From an uncultured Eubacterium sp. (GTDB lineage: Bacteria; Bacillota; Clostridia; Lachnospirales; Lachnospiraceae), in the NCBI GenBank assembly GCA_964579975.1, contig CAZOIF010000006.1:6925-70924 (forward strand): a stretch of DNA of 64,000 nucleotides, in the 5' to 3' direction. This document shows positions 48,419 to 58,969 of this stretch, piece after piece. The notes beneath the pieces are model-generated. The model worked only from the letters and a program-made list of their open reading frames with translations, did not search any database and was not told where the DNA came from. Made by a program: the position numbers and the translations under genes. Position 1 is the first letter of the stretch. Each line of letters begins with the position of its first letter.

Positions 48419-49493
48419 GAGAGTAGTGGTCGGGATGTCTGGCGGAGTGGATTCTTCGGTCGCAGCGTATTTGTTGAAAGAGCAGGGCTACGAAGTGATT
48501 GGCGTCACGATGCAGATCTGGCAGGAAGAGGCGCCGCATATTCAGGAGGAAAATGGGGGGTGTTGCGGTTCGTCTGCGGTGGAGGATGCCAGACGGGTAG
48601 CAGAGCGGCTTGGGATACGGTATTATGTCATGAATTTCCGGCAGGAGTTTCAAAAGCATGTCATTGATTATTTTGTGGAGGAATACAGGAACGGACGTAC
48701 CCCGAATCCCTGTATCGCATGCAACCGGTATGTAAAATGGGAGTCTCTTTTGCAGAGGAGTCTGGAGATCGGAGCAGATTATATCGCGACCGGCCATTAC
48801 GCAAGGATTGACCGCCTGGAAAATGGGCGATATGCCTTGAGAAAATCCGTCACTGCGGCGAAAGATCAGACGTATGCCCTGTATAATCTGACACAGGAGC
48901 AGCTATCCCATACGCTTATGCCTGTGGGGCAATATGAGAAGGCGGATATCCGCAGGATTGCAGAAGAGGCAGGACTTTTAGTGGCCGATAAGCCGGACAG
49001 TCAGGAAATCTGCTTTGTGCCCGATCATGATTACGCTTCCTTTATTGAAAGAGAGACGGGAAAGAAGAGCGAAGCAGGACATTTTGTCGATGTCCACGGA
49101 AATGTGATCGGCATGCATAAAGGAATCACGCACTACACGATCGGACAACGGAAGGGGCTTGGGCTCGCCATGGGGCATCCGGTCTTTGTGACGGAGATCC
49201 GGCCGGAGACGAATGAAGTCGTCATCGGGGAAAATGAAGACATCTTCACTACGACACTCCGGGCAGACCGCTTAAATTTTATGTCAGTACCGGAAATCAG
49301 CGGAGAGGTGCGTGCGGTTGCCAAGATACGTTATAATCATAAGGGAGACGACTGCGTGATCCGGATGGTGGATAGCGACGTGGCAGAAGTTGTATTTGAC
49401 CGGCCCCAGCGTGCAGTTACTCCGGGACAGGCCGTAGTATTTTACGACGGGGATCACGTCATGGGTGGCGGAACGATCATACCGAGATATTAG
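48411..49493 (+). CDS. mnmA: tRNA 2-thiouridylase
   Basis: MSGGVDS, TPNPCIACN, ATGHY, KDQTY, DSQEICF, TPGQ. Confidence 0.97.
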   Translation: MAERVVVGMSGGVDSSVAAYLLKEQGYEVIGVTMQIWQEEAPHIQEENGGCCGSSAVEDARRVAERLGIRYYVMNFRQEFQKHVIDYFVEEYRNGRTPNPCIACNRYVKWESLLQRSLEIGADYIATGHYARIDRLENGRYALRKSVTAAKDQTYALYNLTQEQLSHTLMPVGQYEKADIRRIAEEAGLLVADKPDSQEICFVPDHDYASFIERETGKKSEAGHFVDVHGNVIGMHKGITHYTIGQRKGLGLAMGHPVFVTEIRPETNEVVIGENEDIFTTTLRADRLNFMSVPEISGEVRAVAKIRYNHKGDDCVIRMVDSDVAEVVFDRPQRAVTPGQAVVFYDGDHVMGGGTIIPRY

Positions 49494-49506
49494 TTCAACG
49501 ATGCGG

Positions 49507-49769
49507 CCACAGGAATCCATTTTCAGTTCTCGGTGCTTATCAGAACCAGAGAAATATGTACAGAAACAAGAACGATTCCTGATGAGGACCGTATAAACGT
49601 GTCGGTCCTTAGGCTGCGTACAAGGTGCGTTTTCTGCACCTTGCAGCCTTTGTACCGCTACATGTTTATCCTAAGCGGGAGCGGGTCCTCATCAGGAATC
49701 GTTCTTGTTTCTGTACAAAGGTTCGGTGGATTCCTGTGAGTTGTAATGGCTGAAAATGGATTCCTGTGG
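49507..49769. repeat. Nested inverted-repeat element (about 263 bp)
   Basis: Perfect 20-bp outer IR 49507-49526/49750-49769; perfect 34-bp IR 49557-49590/49684-49717; further inner stems. Confidence 0.92.
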
Positions 49770-49783
49770 TTGGTAAGTTTTTC

Positions 49784-49812
49784 TTGAATAAATTCTTCTC
49801 TTATGATAGTAT
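49784..49812 (+). promoter_or_regulatory. Probable sigma-A promoter of glmM
   Basis: TTGAAT-17 bp-TAGTAT with a TG motif. Confidence 0.55.
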
Positions 49813-49876
49813 ATATTAGATATCTTGTTTTCAGGGGTGAATTATGCCCTGAAGGGAATTTTGAAAGGGGATTGTC

Positions 49877-51226
49877 ATGAAGTATTTTGGTACGGATGGC
49901 TTTCGCGGAGAAGCAAATGTTACGTTGACAGCAGAGCACGCTTTCAAGATCGGACGTTTTTTGGGAAATTACTTTAAAGATGAAAAGCATCGTGTCCGGG
50001 TTATCGTCGGAAAGGATACGAGGCTTTCAGGATATATGTATGAGACCGCACTGGCGGCGGGACTGACAGCAAGCGGCGCAGATGTTTATGAGATACATGT
50101 GACGACGACGCCCAGTATTTCTTATCTGATCCGGAAGGAAAAATTTGATTTCGGGATCATGATCACGGCAAGCCACAACCCATATATGGATAATGGAATC
50201 AAAGTGATCAATGGGCAGGGGCACAAGCTGGAAGAGGAGATCGAAGAACAGATCGAGGCTTACATTGATGGTGAGACCGGAGAACTGCCTTATGCGGTCG
50301 GGGAGGCACTCGGAAGGTGCTATGACTATACGGAAGGAAAAGAGATTTACAAAGAATATCTTGTGGATCTGGTAAAACATCCTTTTACCGGGAAAGTGGT
50401 CGCACTGGATCTGTCCAATGGTTCTGCTTCGCGCATTGCCGGCAGGATCTTTGAAAAACTGGGAGCGACGGTACATACGATAAACGGTGAACCGGACGGA
50501 ATGAATATAAACCGTCACTGTGGTTCTACGCATATTGATAAGCTGCAGGCTTTTGTAAAGGAGATTGGCGCCGACGTCGGATTTGCCTATGACGGCGATG
50601 CAGACCGCTGTCTTGCTGTAGATGAAACGGGAGAAGTCGTTACAGGAGACCATATCATGTACCTGTGCGGTGTATATCTGAAGGAACAGGGGCATTTAAA
50701 GGATGATATGGTTGTCACGACAGTCATGTCCAATATGGGACTTTACAAGGCATTTGACCGGGCAGGTATCCGCTATCAGCAGACTGCTGTGGGGGATAAA
50801 TATGTCTGTGCGAATATGATGGAGCATGGCTATGTACTTGGTGGTGAGCAGTCGGGACATATCATTTTTAGTGAACATGCAGTCACAGGAGACGGGATCC
50901 TTACCTCTCTTATGATCATGGAAGCGATGCTCTCAAAAGAGAAGAAACTTTCCGGACTCACAGAAGATTTAAAAATCTATCCGCAGCTTCTTGTAAATAT
51001 GAGGGTGAAGGATAAGTTAGCAGCCAGGGAGGACGCTGATGTTATCGCTGCCGCAAAAGAGGTGGAGAGAGCGCTTGGAGACGAGGGAAGGCTCCTTCTC
51101 AGGGAAAGTGGGACAGAGCCTTTGATCCGGGTGATGGTAGAGGCGAAGACCGATGAACTTTGTGAAGAAAATGTTAGTAAGATCATTGAGGTCCTGCGGG
51201 TAAAAGGACACGAACAAATACAGTGA
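49877..51226 (+). CDS. glmM: Phosphoglucosamine mutase
   Basis: YFGTDGFRG, GKDTRLSG, TASHNP, DGDADR, GGEQSGH, RESGTEP. Confidence 0.93.
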   Translation: MKYFGTDGFRGEANVTLTAEHAFKIGRFLGNYFKDEKHRVRVIVGKDTRLSGYMYETALAAGLTASGADVYEIHVTTTPSISYLIRKEKFDFGIMITASHNPYMDNGIKVINGQGHKLEEEIEEQIEAYIDGETGELPYAVGEALGRCYDYTEGKEIYKEYLVDLVKHPFTGKVVALDLSNGSASRIAGRIFEKLGATVHTINGEPDGMNINRHCGSTHIDKLQAFVKEIGADVGFAYDGDADRCLAVDETGEVVTGDHIMYLCGVYLKEQGHLKDDMVVTTVMSNMGLYKAFDRAGIRYQQTAVGDKYVCANMMEHGYVLGGEQSGHIIFSEHAVTGDGILTSLMIMEAMLSKEKKLSGLTEDLKIYPQLLVNMRVKDKLAAREDADVIAAAKEVERALGDEGRLLLRESGTEPLIRVMVEAKTDELCEENVSKIIEVLRVKGHEQIQ

Positions 51227-51245
51227 GAGAAAGGATTTTAGGAAA

Positions 51246-52388
51246 ATGAAAGGTGCATATTATACAAAACAATATCGTAATGTATTTGCGGAGTGCGGGC
51301 ACTCCCAGGAGGAAATCGACCAGAAACTGAAAGATGCATTTCATACCGTTTTTTATGGCCCGGAAGGAGAAAAGTTTTACTTTGAGGCCGGCGATGACAT
51401 GGGGTATTTTGAGGATACCGGGAATTTTGACGCCAGGACGGAGGGCATGTCTTATGCGATGATGATGTGCGTCCAGATGGATATGAAAAATGAGTTTGAC
51501 CGTGTATGGAAGTGGGCCAGAACTTACATGTACATGGAGGAAGGATATAACAAAGGATATTTTGCATGGTCCTGTCAGACAGACGGAACAAAGAATGACA
51601 TGGGGCCGGCGCCAGACGGTGAAGAATTTTTCGCTATGGCACTGTTCTTTGCTTCCCACAGATGGGGAGATGGAGAGGGAATCTTTAATTACTCCCAGGA
51701 GGCGAAGAATATTCTCAGCGCCTGCATCCACAATGGGGAAAACGAGCCGGGAGATCCGATCATGGAACCGGAAAACTATCTGATCCGTTTTATCCCGAGC
51801 CGGAAATTCAGCGATCCGTCCTATCACTGCCCGCATTTTTACGAGTTATTTGCAGAGTGGGCGAATGAAGAGGACAGGGAATTCTGGAAAAAGGCGGCTA
51901 AGGCAAGCCGTGAGTATCTGAAAAAGGCATGCCACCCGGAGACGGGACTTGCCGCAGAGTATGCTTATTATGATGGAAAACCGTATCCGGAAGAGCAGAA
52001 TATATTTGGCGGACGCCACGACTGGTATTACAGTGACTCGTACCGTGTTATTGCTAATATCGGACTGGATTATGAGTGGTTTGCCCCGGATGACTGGCAT
52101 AAGGAAAATAACAATAAGGTCCAGAAATTCTTTATGGAAACCCACCGTGGAGAGGACTTCATGACTTATGAGATCGATGGTACGGTCATTGACCAGCCGG
52201 CGCTCCATCCAGTAGCGATCATCGCTACGAATGCACAGGCGTCTCTGGCGGCGGACGGCCCTTACGCAAAAGAGTGTGTGGAACGTTTCTGGAATACACC
52301 TCTTCGGACCGGAGAGAGAAGATACTATGACAACTGTCTGTATCTGTTTGCCCTTCTGGCGCTCAGTGGAAATTACCGGGTGTGGTAA
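51246..52388 (+). CDS. GH8 reducing-end xylose-releasing exo-oligoxylanase (Rex-like)
   Basis: RTEGMSY, APDGEE, DPSYH, SDSYR, RYYDNCLY; no signal peptide. Confidence 0.85.
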   Translation: MKGAYYTKQYRNVFAECGHSQEEIDQKLKDAFHTVFYGPEGEKFYFEAGDDMGYFEDTGNFDARTEGMSYAMMMCVQMDMKNEFDRVWKWARTYMYMEEGYNKGYFAWSCQTDGTKNDMGPAPDGEEFFAMALFFASHRWGDGEGIFNYSQEAKNILSACIHNGENEPGDPIMEPENYLIRFIPSRKFSDPSYHCPHFYELFAEWANEEDREFWKKAAKASREYLKKACHPETGLAAEYAYYDGKPYPEEQNIFGGRHDWYYSDSYRVIANIGLDYEWFAPDDWHKENNNKVQKFFMETHRGEDFMTYEIDGTVIDQPALHPVAIIATNAQASLAADGPYAKECVERFWNTPLRTGERRYYDNCLYLFALLALSGNYRVW

Positions 52389-52552
52389 GCCAGTATTCCG
52401 GGTTACCGGACATCAGGTGTTTGAAATGTAAAAATATTGGGAATGCAAAGCATTCCATAAAAAGGTTTTAAAACAAAAAATATTGGGAATGCTTTAAAGA
52501 GCCATCCCTCTCAAATATAAAAAACAATGAATGAATCTTGGAGGAATAAGAA

Positions 52553-53869
52553 ATGAGTTACAAAGTTGAGAATCTTGAAAACAGTATGGCAAAAATCACG
52601 ATAGAGGTAAGTGAGGAAGCCTTTGAGGCGGCGATGGTAAAAGCTTATAACAAGAACAAGAATAAGATCAGTATTCAGGGATTCCGTAGAGGAAAGGCCC
52701 CGCGTAAGATGATCGAGAAAATGTACGGCCCGGAAATCTTCTATGAAGATGCTGCTAATTTTGCAGTGCCGGATGCTTACGAGGAGGCTGCCAAAGAGAG
52801 TGGTCTTGATATCGTGTCCAGACCGGATATTGATATCGTAGAGATCGGAGACGGAAAGCCATTCGTATTTTCCGCAACAGTTGCGATAAAGCCGGATGCA
52901 GAGCTTGGTGAGTACAAGGGCATTGAGGTGGAAAAACAGGAAGTCAAGGTGATGGCGGCGGACGTCAATGCTGAAATCGACAGAGTGCGCGAGCAGAATG
53001 CACGTATTGTTACAATGGATGACCGGGCGGTGAAAAAAGATGATATCGCAGTCATTGATTTTGAGGGGTTTGTAGATGGAAAGGCATTTGAGGGCGGAAA
53101 GGGTACGGACTATTCCCTTACGATCGGAAGCCACTCGTTTATTGATGATTTCGAAGATCAGCTGATCGGAAAGAAGGCAGGCGATAAACTTGATGTCAAT
53201 GTGACATTCCCGGAGGAGTACCATGTCGATGAACTGAAAGGAAAACCGGCGGTATTTAAAGTTGAGATCAAGGAAGTGAAAGTAAAAGAACTTCCGAAAC
53301 TGGACGATGAGTTTGCCAGCGAGGTGTCTGAATTTGAGACACTCAAGGAATATAAGGCAAGTGTGAAGAAAACGCTGACTGACCGGAAAAAAGCACAGAT
53401 AAAGACCGAGAAAGAAAATAAAGTCATCGAAAAAGTCGTTGCCAATGCAAAAGTAGAGCTTCCGGGACCGATGGTGGATGAGCAGGTTTCCCAGATGGTC
53501 AATGAATTTGCGTCACGTCTTTCCGGACAGGGACTTTCCATCGACCAGTACATGCAGATGACAGGAATGCAGCCGCAGATGCTCATGGATCAGATGCGTC
53601 CGGAGGCAGAGACACGTATCAAGACACGTCTTGTACTGGAGGCTGTCGCAAAGGCAGAGAACATCAAGGTTACGGCAAAAGACATTGATAAAGAACTTGA
53701 GAAGATGGCTGAGATGTACAAGATGGAAGTGGATAAATTAAAAGAAATGATGGGAGATGCTGAAAAAGAGCAGATTTCTCAGGACATCGCAGTTCAGAAG
53801 GCAGTTGACCTTCTTGTAAAAGAGGCGGTCGAGACAGAGGCTGCCAAAGAGGAAAAGGCAGAAGAGTAA
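52553..53869 (+). CDS. tig: Trigger factor
   Basis: GFRRGKAP ribosome-binding motif; FKBP-like domain. Confidence 0.97.
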   Translation: MSYKVENLENSMAKITIEVSEEAFEAAMVKAYNKNKNKISIQGFRRGKAPRKMIEKMYGPEIFYEDAANFAVPDAYEEAAKESGLDIVSRPDIDIVEIGDGKPFVFSATVAIKPDAELGEYKGIEVEKQEVKVMAADVNAEIDRVREQNARIVTMDDRAVKKDDIAVIDFEGFVDGKAFEGGKGTDYSLTIGSHSFIDDFEDQLIGKKAGDKLDVNVTFPEEYHVDELKGKPAVFKVEIKEVKVKELPKLDDEFASEVSEFETLKEYKASVKKTLTDRKKAQIKTEKENKVIEKVVANAKVELPGPMVDEQVSQMVNEFASRLSGQGLSIDQYMQMTGMQPQMLMDQMRPEAETRIKTRLVLEAVAKAENIKVTAKDIDKELEKMAEMYKMEVDKLKEMMGDAEKEQISQDIAVQKAVDLLVKEAVETEAAKEEKAEE

Positions 53870-53889
53870 TGAGAAGGAGGTAGAATACA

Positions 53890-54483
53890 ATGGCATTAGT
53901 TCCTTACGTCATTGAGCAGACGAGCCGAGGCGGTGAGCGCTCCTATGATATTTATTCAAGACTTCTCAGAGAACGGATCATTTTTCTGGGAGACGAAGTA
54001 AACGATACGACAGCAAGCCTTGTCGTGGCACAGATGTTATTTCTTGAGTCCGAGGATCCGAACAAGGACATCAATTTGTATATTAACAGCCCCGGTGGTT
54101 CCGTGACAGCCGGGATGGCGATCTATGATACAATGAATTATGTAAAATGTGATGTATCTACGATCTGTATGGGGCTTGCAGCAAGTATGGGAGCATTTTT
54201 GCTCTCCGGCGGTACAAAGGGAAAGAGACTGGCTCTTCCGAATGCAGAGATTATGATCCATCAGCCATCTGGCGGTGCAAGGGGTCAGGCGACAGAGATC
54301 CAGATCGTGGCGGAGAATATCCTGAAGACGAAAAAGAAGCTGAATGAGATACTGGCTGCCAATACGGGGCAGACGGTGGAAAAAGTCACCGAAGATACGG
54401 AGAGAGATAACTTTATGTCAGCAGAGGAAGCGATCGAGTATGGTCTTATTGACCGGATCATCGTGAACCATGAATCAAAATAA
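53890..54483 (+). CDS. clpP: Clp protease proteolytic subunit
   Basis: [25 protein letters not shown]. Confidence 0.98.
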   Translation: MALVPYVIEQTSRGGERSYDIYSRLLRERIIFLGDEVNDTTASLVVAQMLFLESEDPNKDINLYINSPGGSVTAGMAIYDTMNYVKCDVSTICMGLAASMGAFLLSGGTKGKRLALPNAEIMIHQPSGGARGQATEIQIVAENILKTKKKLNEILAANTGQTVEKVTEDTERDNFMSAEEAIEYGLIDRIIVNHESK

Positions 54484-54504
54484 ATGGAATACCTTCGGGT
54501 TGCT

Positions 54505-54549
54505 ATGGTGTCGCCAGTCATGTTCTGAAGGTGACACCATGAATTTTTT
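54505..54549 (+). terminator. Hairpin plus T run between clpP and clpX (partial terminator or stabiliser)
   Basis: ATGGTGTCGCC...GGTGACACCAT followed by GAATTTTTT. Confidence 0.5.
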
Positions 54550-54601
54550 AATGCATAAAAATGTATAGGGATGCAAAGCATTTGCAGAAATGGAGAAAGA
54601 T

Positions 54602-55900
54602 ATGGCAGGAAGAAATAATGATAATCAGAATCAGACACAATACCGCTGTTCTTTTTGTGGAAAGACAGAGAAACAGGTCCGTAAGCTGATCGCCGGCCCG
54701 ACTGGGGTCTATATCTGCGATGAGTGTACTGAGCTGTGTGAGGAGATTCTTGCAGAGGAATATCAGGATATGTATGGTGGCGAGGAGGTTGAGAAGGTTG
54801 AGATCAATCTTTTGAAGCCAAAAGAGATCAAAGAGTTTCTCGATGAATATGTGATCGGTCAGGAGGAGGCTAAGAAAGCGCTTTCTGTAGCTGTTTATAA
54901 TCATTATAAGCGCGTGATGTCAGCGAGTGAGATGGATGTGGAACTGCAAAAGAGTAATATCCTCATGATCGGCCCGACCGGTTCCGGGAAAACGTATCTT
55001 GCACAGACTCTGGCCAGGGTGCTGAATGTGCCTTTTGCGATCGCAGATGCAACGACGCTTACAGAGGCCGGTTATGTAGGAGAGGATGTGGAAAATATCC
55101 TCCTGAAGATCATTCAGGCCGCAGATTATGACATTGCCCGTGCAGAGCACGGTATCATTTATATCGATGAAATCGACAAGATCACAAAAAAATCAGAGAA
55201 CGCTTCAATTACAAGAGATGTATCCGGTGAGGGTGTGCAGCAGGCGCTGCTTAAGATCCTTGAGGGGACAGAGGCAAGTGTTCCGCCGCAGGGAGGGCGA
55301 AAACATCCCCAGCAGGAATTTTATCACATTGATACGACCAATATATTATTTATATGCGGCGGAGCGTTTGACGGACTGGATAAGATCATTGGCTCCCGGA
55401 TCGATAAGAAATCCATCGGTTTCAATGCAGAAATTTCAGATAAGACGGATTCCAATATTGGCGATCTGTTCCGGCAGGTACTGCCACAGGATCTCGTGAA
55501 ATTTGGAATCATTCCTGAGTTTGTGGGCCGTGTACCAGTGACGGTAAGTCTGGATCTTCTGGATGAGAACGCCTTAAAGGATATTCTCGTAAAACCGAAA
55601 AATGCGATTACAAAACAGTATCAGAAACTTTTGGAACTCGATGGAATCCGGCTTATCTTTGATGAGGAGGCCGTGGGTGAGATCGCCCGTCAGTCCATTG
55701 AGAGAAAGACCGGTGCAAGGGGACTTCGTGCCATCATTGAAAACTGTATGATGGATTCTATGTTTGAGCTTCCGTCCAGAGAGGATGTGAAGGAATGCCG
55801 TATCACGAAGGAAGTTGTGACAAATACAGGAAAACCGGAGCTGATCGGTGAAAATGATCAGGTTCTTCTGCTTGAGGAGAAGTCGGAAGAGAGTGCCTGA
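54602..55900 (+). CDS. clpX: Clp protease ATP-binding subunit
   Basis: CSFCG...ICDEC zinc finger, [18 protein letters not shown]. Confidence 0.98.
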   Translation: MAGRNNDNQNQTQYRCSFCGKTEKQVRKLIAGPTGVYICDECTELCEEILAEEYQDMYGGEEVEKVEINLLKPKEIKEFLDEYVIGQEEAKKALSVAVYNHYKRVMSASEMDVELQKSNILMIGPTGSGKTYLAQTLARVLNVPFAIADATTLTEAGYVGEDVENILLKIIQAADYDIARAEHGIIYIDEIDKITKKSENASITRDVSGEGVQQALLKILEGTEASVPPQGGRKHPQQEFYHIDTTNILFICGGAFDGLDKIIGSRIDKKSIGFNAEISDKTDSNIGDLFRQVLPQDLVKFGIIPEFVGRVPVTVSLDLLDENALKDILVKPKNAITKQYQKLLELDGIRLIFDEEAVGEIARQSIERKTGARGLRAIIENCMMDSMFELPSREDVKECRITKEVVTNTGKPELIGENDQVLLLEEKSEESA

Positions 55901-56007
55901 GCAGTAAGTATAGTAGAGACAGCTTAATGCTGTTTGGCAGCTGGCGCAGGACCAGACAGGTTGAAATCGGCATCGCCAGGCTGTGACAGGAAGAGAGGTA
56001 AGATGTC

Positions 56008-58314
56008 ATGGATGAACAGATGAAAACATTGCCGGTCATTGCATTAAAGGGAATGACGATTCTACCAGGAATGCTCGTTCATTTAGATGTGAATCGTGAC
56101 ATAACCAAGTTTGCGATCGATGAAGCGATGGCTGGAGATTGCATGATCTTTGTGACGAGCCAGAAAGATGACAGGGTGGAGCTTCCGATTTATTCCGATC
56201 TTATGAGTGTGGGAGTTATAGCAAAGATACGCCAGGTGATCAAGCTCGAAGAAAATGTGGTTCGTATTCTGATATATACGCAGGAGAGGGCGACGTTAGC
56301 AGCATTGGTCCAGAATGAGCCATTTCTGATGGGTGATCTTGTCCTTTATGCGGAGAATCCGGAACAGCCGGATCTGAGTGATATTGAGAGAAAGGCGATG
56401 TGCCGGGATGTCCGTGATATGTATACCGTTTATCTGGGACAGAATCCGAGTGCGGGGCGGAGTGCTTACGATAAGGTCCAGAAGGAGAATGATCTGGGAA
56501 CGCTTCTTGACCTGATTTCGATGCATATCCCGATGGAGATTGAAAAGCGGCAGCAGATTCTCGAGTGCTTTAATGAAGAGGAGCGTTTTTATCTTGTTTC
56601 GGAATATCTGGCTGAGGAGATCGATATACTTAGACTGAGGGCGGATTATAAAACAAGGGTAAAGACTGAGGTTGATAAAAACCAGAAAGAATATTTTCTG
56701 AGAGAACAGATGAAAGTGATCCGGGATGAACTCGGTGAAGGAGCTTCGAGTTACGAGGAAAAATATAAGAAAAAGCTGGAAGGGCTGATCTGTTCCGAAG
56801 AAGTCAGGACAAAAATTGCAGAAGAGATCAAACGGCTGGGAACAATGTCGTCCAGTTCATCCGAGAGTGCGGTGGCGAGAGATTATATCGAGACACTTCT
56901 TGAACTTCCGTGGGATAAAATGGAGGAGACTGACCATGATCTGGCAGATGCGGAACGTATTCTTGACGAAGACCATTATGGATTGGAAAAAGTAAAAGAG
57001 AGGATTCTCGAATTTCTTGCGGTGCGAAGTCTCACGGGAAAAGGAGATGCACCGATCGTATGTCTTGTGGGTCCTCCGGGAACCGGAAAGACGTCGATTG
57101 CAAGATCGGTAGCCAGAGCGTTGGAAAAGGAATATATCCGGATCTGTCTCGGCGGTGTGCGGGATGAGGCGGAGATCCGGGGGCACAGAAGGACTTACAT
57201 CGGAGCCATGCCGGGCAGGATCATCAATGGGCTGAAAAAAGCAGGAGTGAAAAATCCCCTTATGCTCCTTGATGAAATTGATAAGGTGAGCAGTGATTAT
57301 AAGGGAGATACATCCTCTGCTCTTCTGGAGGTACTCGATCCGGAGCAGAACTGCAATTTTGCCGATCACTATGTAGAATTGCCGGTGGATCTGTCGGAAG
57401 TGTTGTTTTTGTGTACGGCAAATACGGTGGATACGATTCCGAGGCCGCTTTTGGACCGTATGGAGGTCATCGAAGTATCCGGTTATACCGAAAATGAGAA
57501 ATTCCACATCGGGAAACAATATCTGATTCCCAAACAGATCCAAAAGAATGGATTAAAAAAGAAGGAGCTCAACATCAGCGATACGGCTCTTAGGGATATC
57601 ATAAGCTATTATACCCGTGAAGCAGGTGTCCGTAGTCTGGAACGCCAGATCGGCAAGATCTGCCGCAAGACGGCGAAACAGATCGTAGAGAAGGAGACAG
57701 AGACGGTGCGTGTGTCCGGTAGAAATCTCAAAGATTACCTTGGGAAGCGTAAATTCTCCAATCTCAAAGCGAATAAATCCGATGAAATCGGTATTGTGAG
57801 AGGGCTGGCATGGACGCAGGCCGGTGGTGATACACTGGAGATCGAAGTAAATACGATGCCAGGCGAGGGCAATCTCATCCTTACAGGGCAGCTCGGGGAG
57901 GTTATGCAGGAGTCGGCAAGGATTGCCTTGAGTTATGTCAGATCGGTATCGAAAAAGAGCAATAAATATTATAAAGAGCATGATTTTCATGTTCATGTAC
58001 CGGAAGGAGCAGTTCCCAAAGATGGGCCTTCTGCCGGTGTCACGATGGCGACGGCGATCTTTTCTGCGATAGAGGAGAAGAAGGTAGACGCCGGTGTTGC
58101 CATGACCGGAGAGGTCACGCTGAGGGGAAGGGTTCTCCCGATCGGCGGCCTGAAGGAAAAACTTTTGGCGGCAAGGCTTGCCGGGATCGGAAAAGTGGTC
58201 GTACCAAAAGAAAACGAGCCGGATGTGGAGGAACTGGAAGAGGAGATTACCGGGGGAATGGAGATCGTCTTTGCAGAGCATATGAAACAGGTTCTGAAAG
58301 AGGCGCTGGCGTAG
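56008..58314 (+). CDS. lon: Lon protease
   Basis: GPPGTGKT, GHRRTYIG, PKDGPSAG, GGLKEK. Confidence 0.97.
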   Translation: MDEQMKTLPVIALKGMTILPGMLVHLDVNRDITKFAIDEAMAGDCMIFVTSQKDDRVELPIYSDLMSVGVIAKIRQVIKLEENVVRILIYTQERATLAALVQNEPFLMGDLVLYAENPEQPDLSDIERKAMCRDVRDMYTVYLGQNPSAGRSAYDKVQKENDLGTLLDLISMHIPMEIEKRQQILECFNEEERFYLVSEYLAEEIDILRLRADYKTRVKTEVDKNQKEYFLREQMKVIRDELGEGASSYEEKYKKKLEGLICSEEVRTKIAEEIKRLGTMSSSSSESAVARDYIETLLELPWDKMEETDHDLADAERILDEDHYGLEKVKERILEFLAVRSLTGKGDAPIVCLVGPPGTGKTSIARSVARALEKEYIRICLGGVRDEAEIRGHRRTYIGAMPGRIINGLKKAGVKNPLMLLDEIDKVSSDYKGDTSSALLEVLDPEQNCNFADHYVELPVDLSEVLFLCTANTVDTIPRPLLDRMEVIEVSGYTENEKFHIGKQYLIPKQIQKNGLKKKELNISDTALRDIISYYTREAGVRSLERQIGKICRKTAKQIVEKETETVRVSGRNLKDYLGKRKFSNLKANKSDEIGIVRGLAWTQAGGDTLEIEVNTMPGEGNLILTGQLGEVMQESARIALSYVRSVSKKSNKYYKEHDFHVHVPEGAVPKDGPSAGVTMATAIFSAIEEKKVDAGVAMTGEVTLRGRVLPIGGLKEKLLAARLAGIGKVVVPKENEPDVEELEEEITGGMEIVFAEHMKQVLKEALA

Positions 58315-58359
58315 CCGGCTGAACTCTCCGGCGCTTCCGGGTTAAGAAAGGAAAAACGA

Positions 58360-58956
58360 ATGGTCATTCAATCACTCGAGCTGGAGACAGTATGCGGGAT
58401 TACGAGCAAACTGCCCCAGAATGATAAAATCGAGATGGCATTCTGGGGGAGGTCAAATGTCGGAAAGTCATCTCTTATCAATACCCTCATGAACAGAAAA
58501 GGATTTGCCCGGATTTCTTCCCAGCCGGGAAAAACACAGACGATCAATTATTATAACGTCAATGACCTGTGTTATCTTGTCGACCTCCCGGGATATGGGT
58601 ATGCGAAGGTGTCCAAAGAAGCTTCGGCAAAATGGATGAAGATGATCGAAAAATATCTGGATACGTCGGGGGCGCTCCGGGTCGTATTCCTTCTCATAGA
58701 CATTCGTCATGAGCCGTCCGCAAAGGATGTAGAAGTGTATCGTATGCTTTTGCAGAAAGGCTTTAATCCACTTATCATCGCCACGAAGGCAGATAAGATC
58801 AGCAAAAATGCCCGGATGAAAAATATTTCTCTGATAAAAAAGAAACTTGAAGTCGTACCAGAGACGCCAGTCATTCCGTTTTCAGCCAGGAGTAAGGAAG
58901 GAAAGGATGAAATCTGGGAGTATATTGACTATTTTGTAAATGAGATCAGCTTATAG
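58360..58956 (+). CDS. engB: Ribosome biogenesis GTPase YihA/YsxC
   Basis: [20 protein letters not shown]. Confidence 0.96.
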   Translation: MVIQSLELETVCGITSKLPQNDKIEMAFWGRSNVGKSSLINTLMNRKGFARISSQPGKTQTINYYNVNDLCYLVDLPGYGYAKVSKEASAKWMKMIEKYLDTSGALRVVFLLIDIRHEPSAKDVEVYRMLLQKGFNPLIIATKADKISKNARMKNISLIKKKLEVVPETPVIPFSARSKEGKDEIWEYIDYFVNEISL

Positions 58957-58969
58957 ATGGAGGGAAACC

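Noticed and set aside
49579-49612. Hammerhead-like CTGATGA followed by a GGACCG/CGGTCC stem
   Set aside because: The required GAAA after stem II is absent (the sequence continues TTAGG), no stem III or cleavage triplet fits, and the segment is sequestered in the 34-bp IR
49507-49876. glmS ribozyme or a riboswitch upstream of glmM
   Set aside because: The gene is glmM, not glmS; I see no glmS core; the predicted promoter lies downstream of the structure
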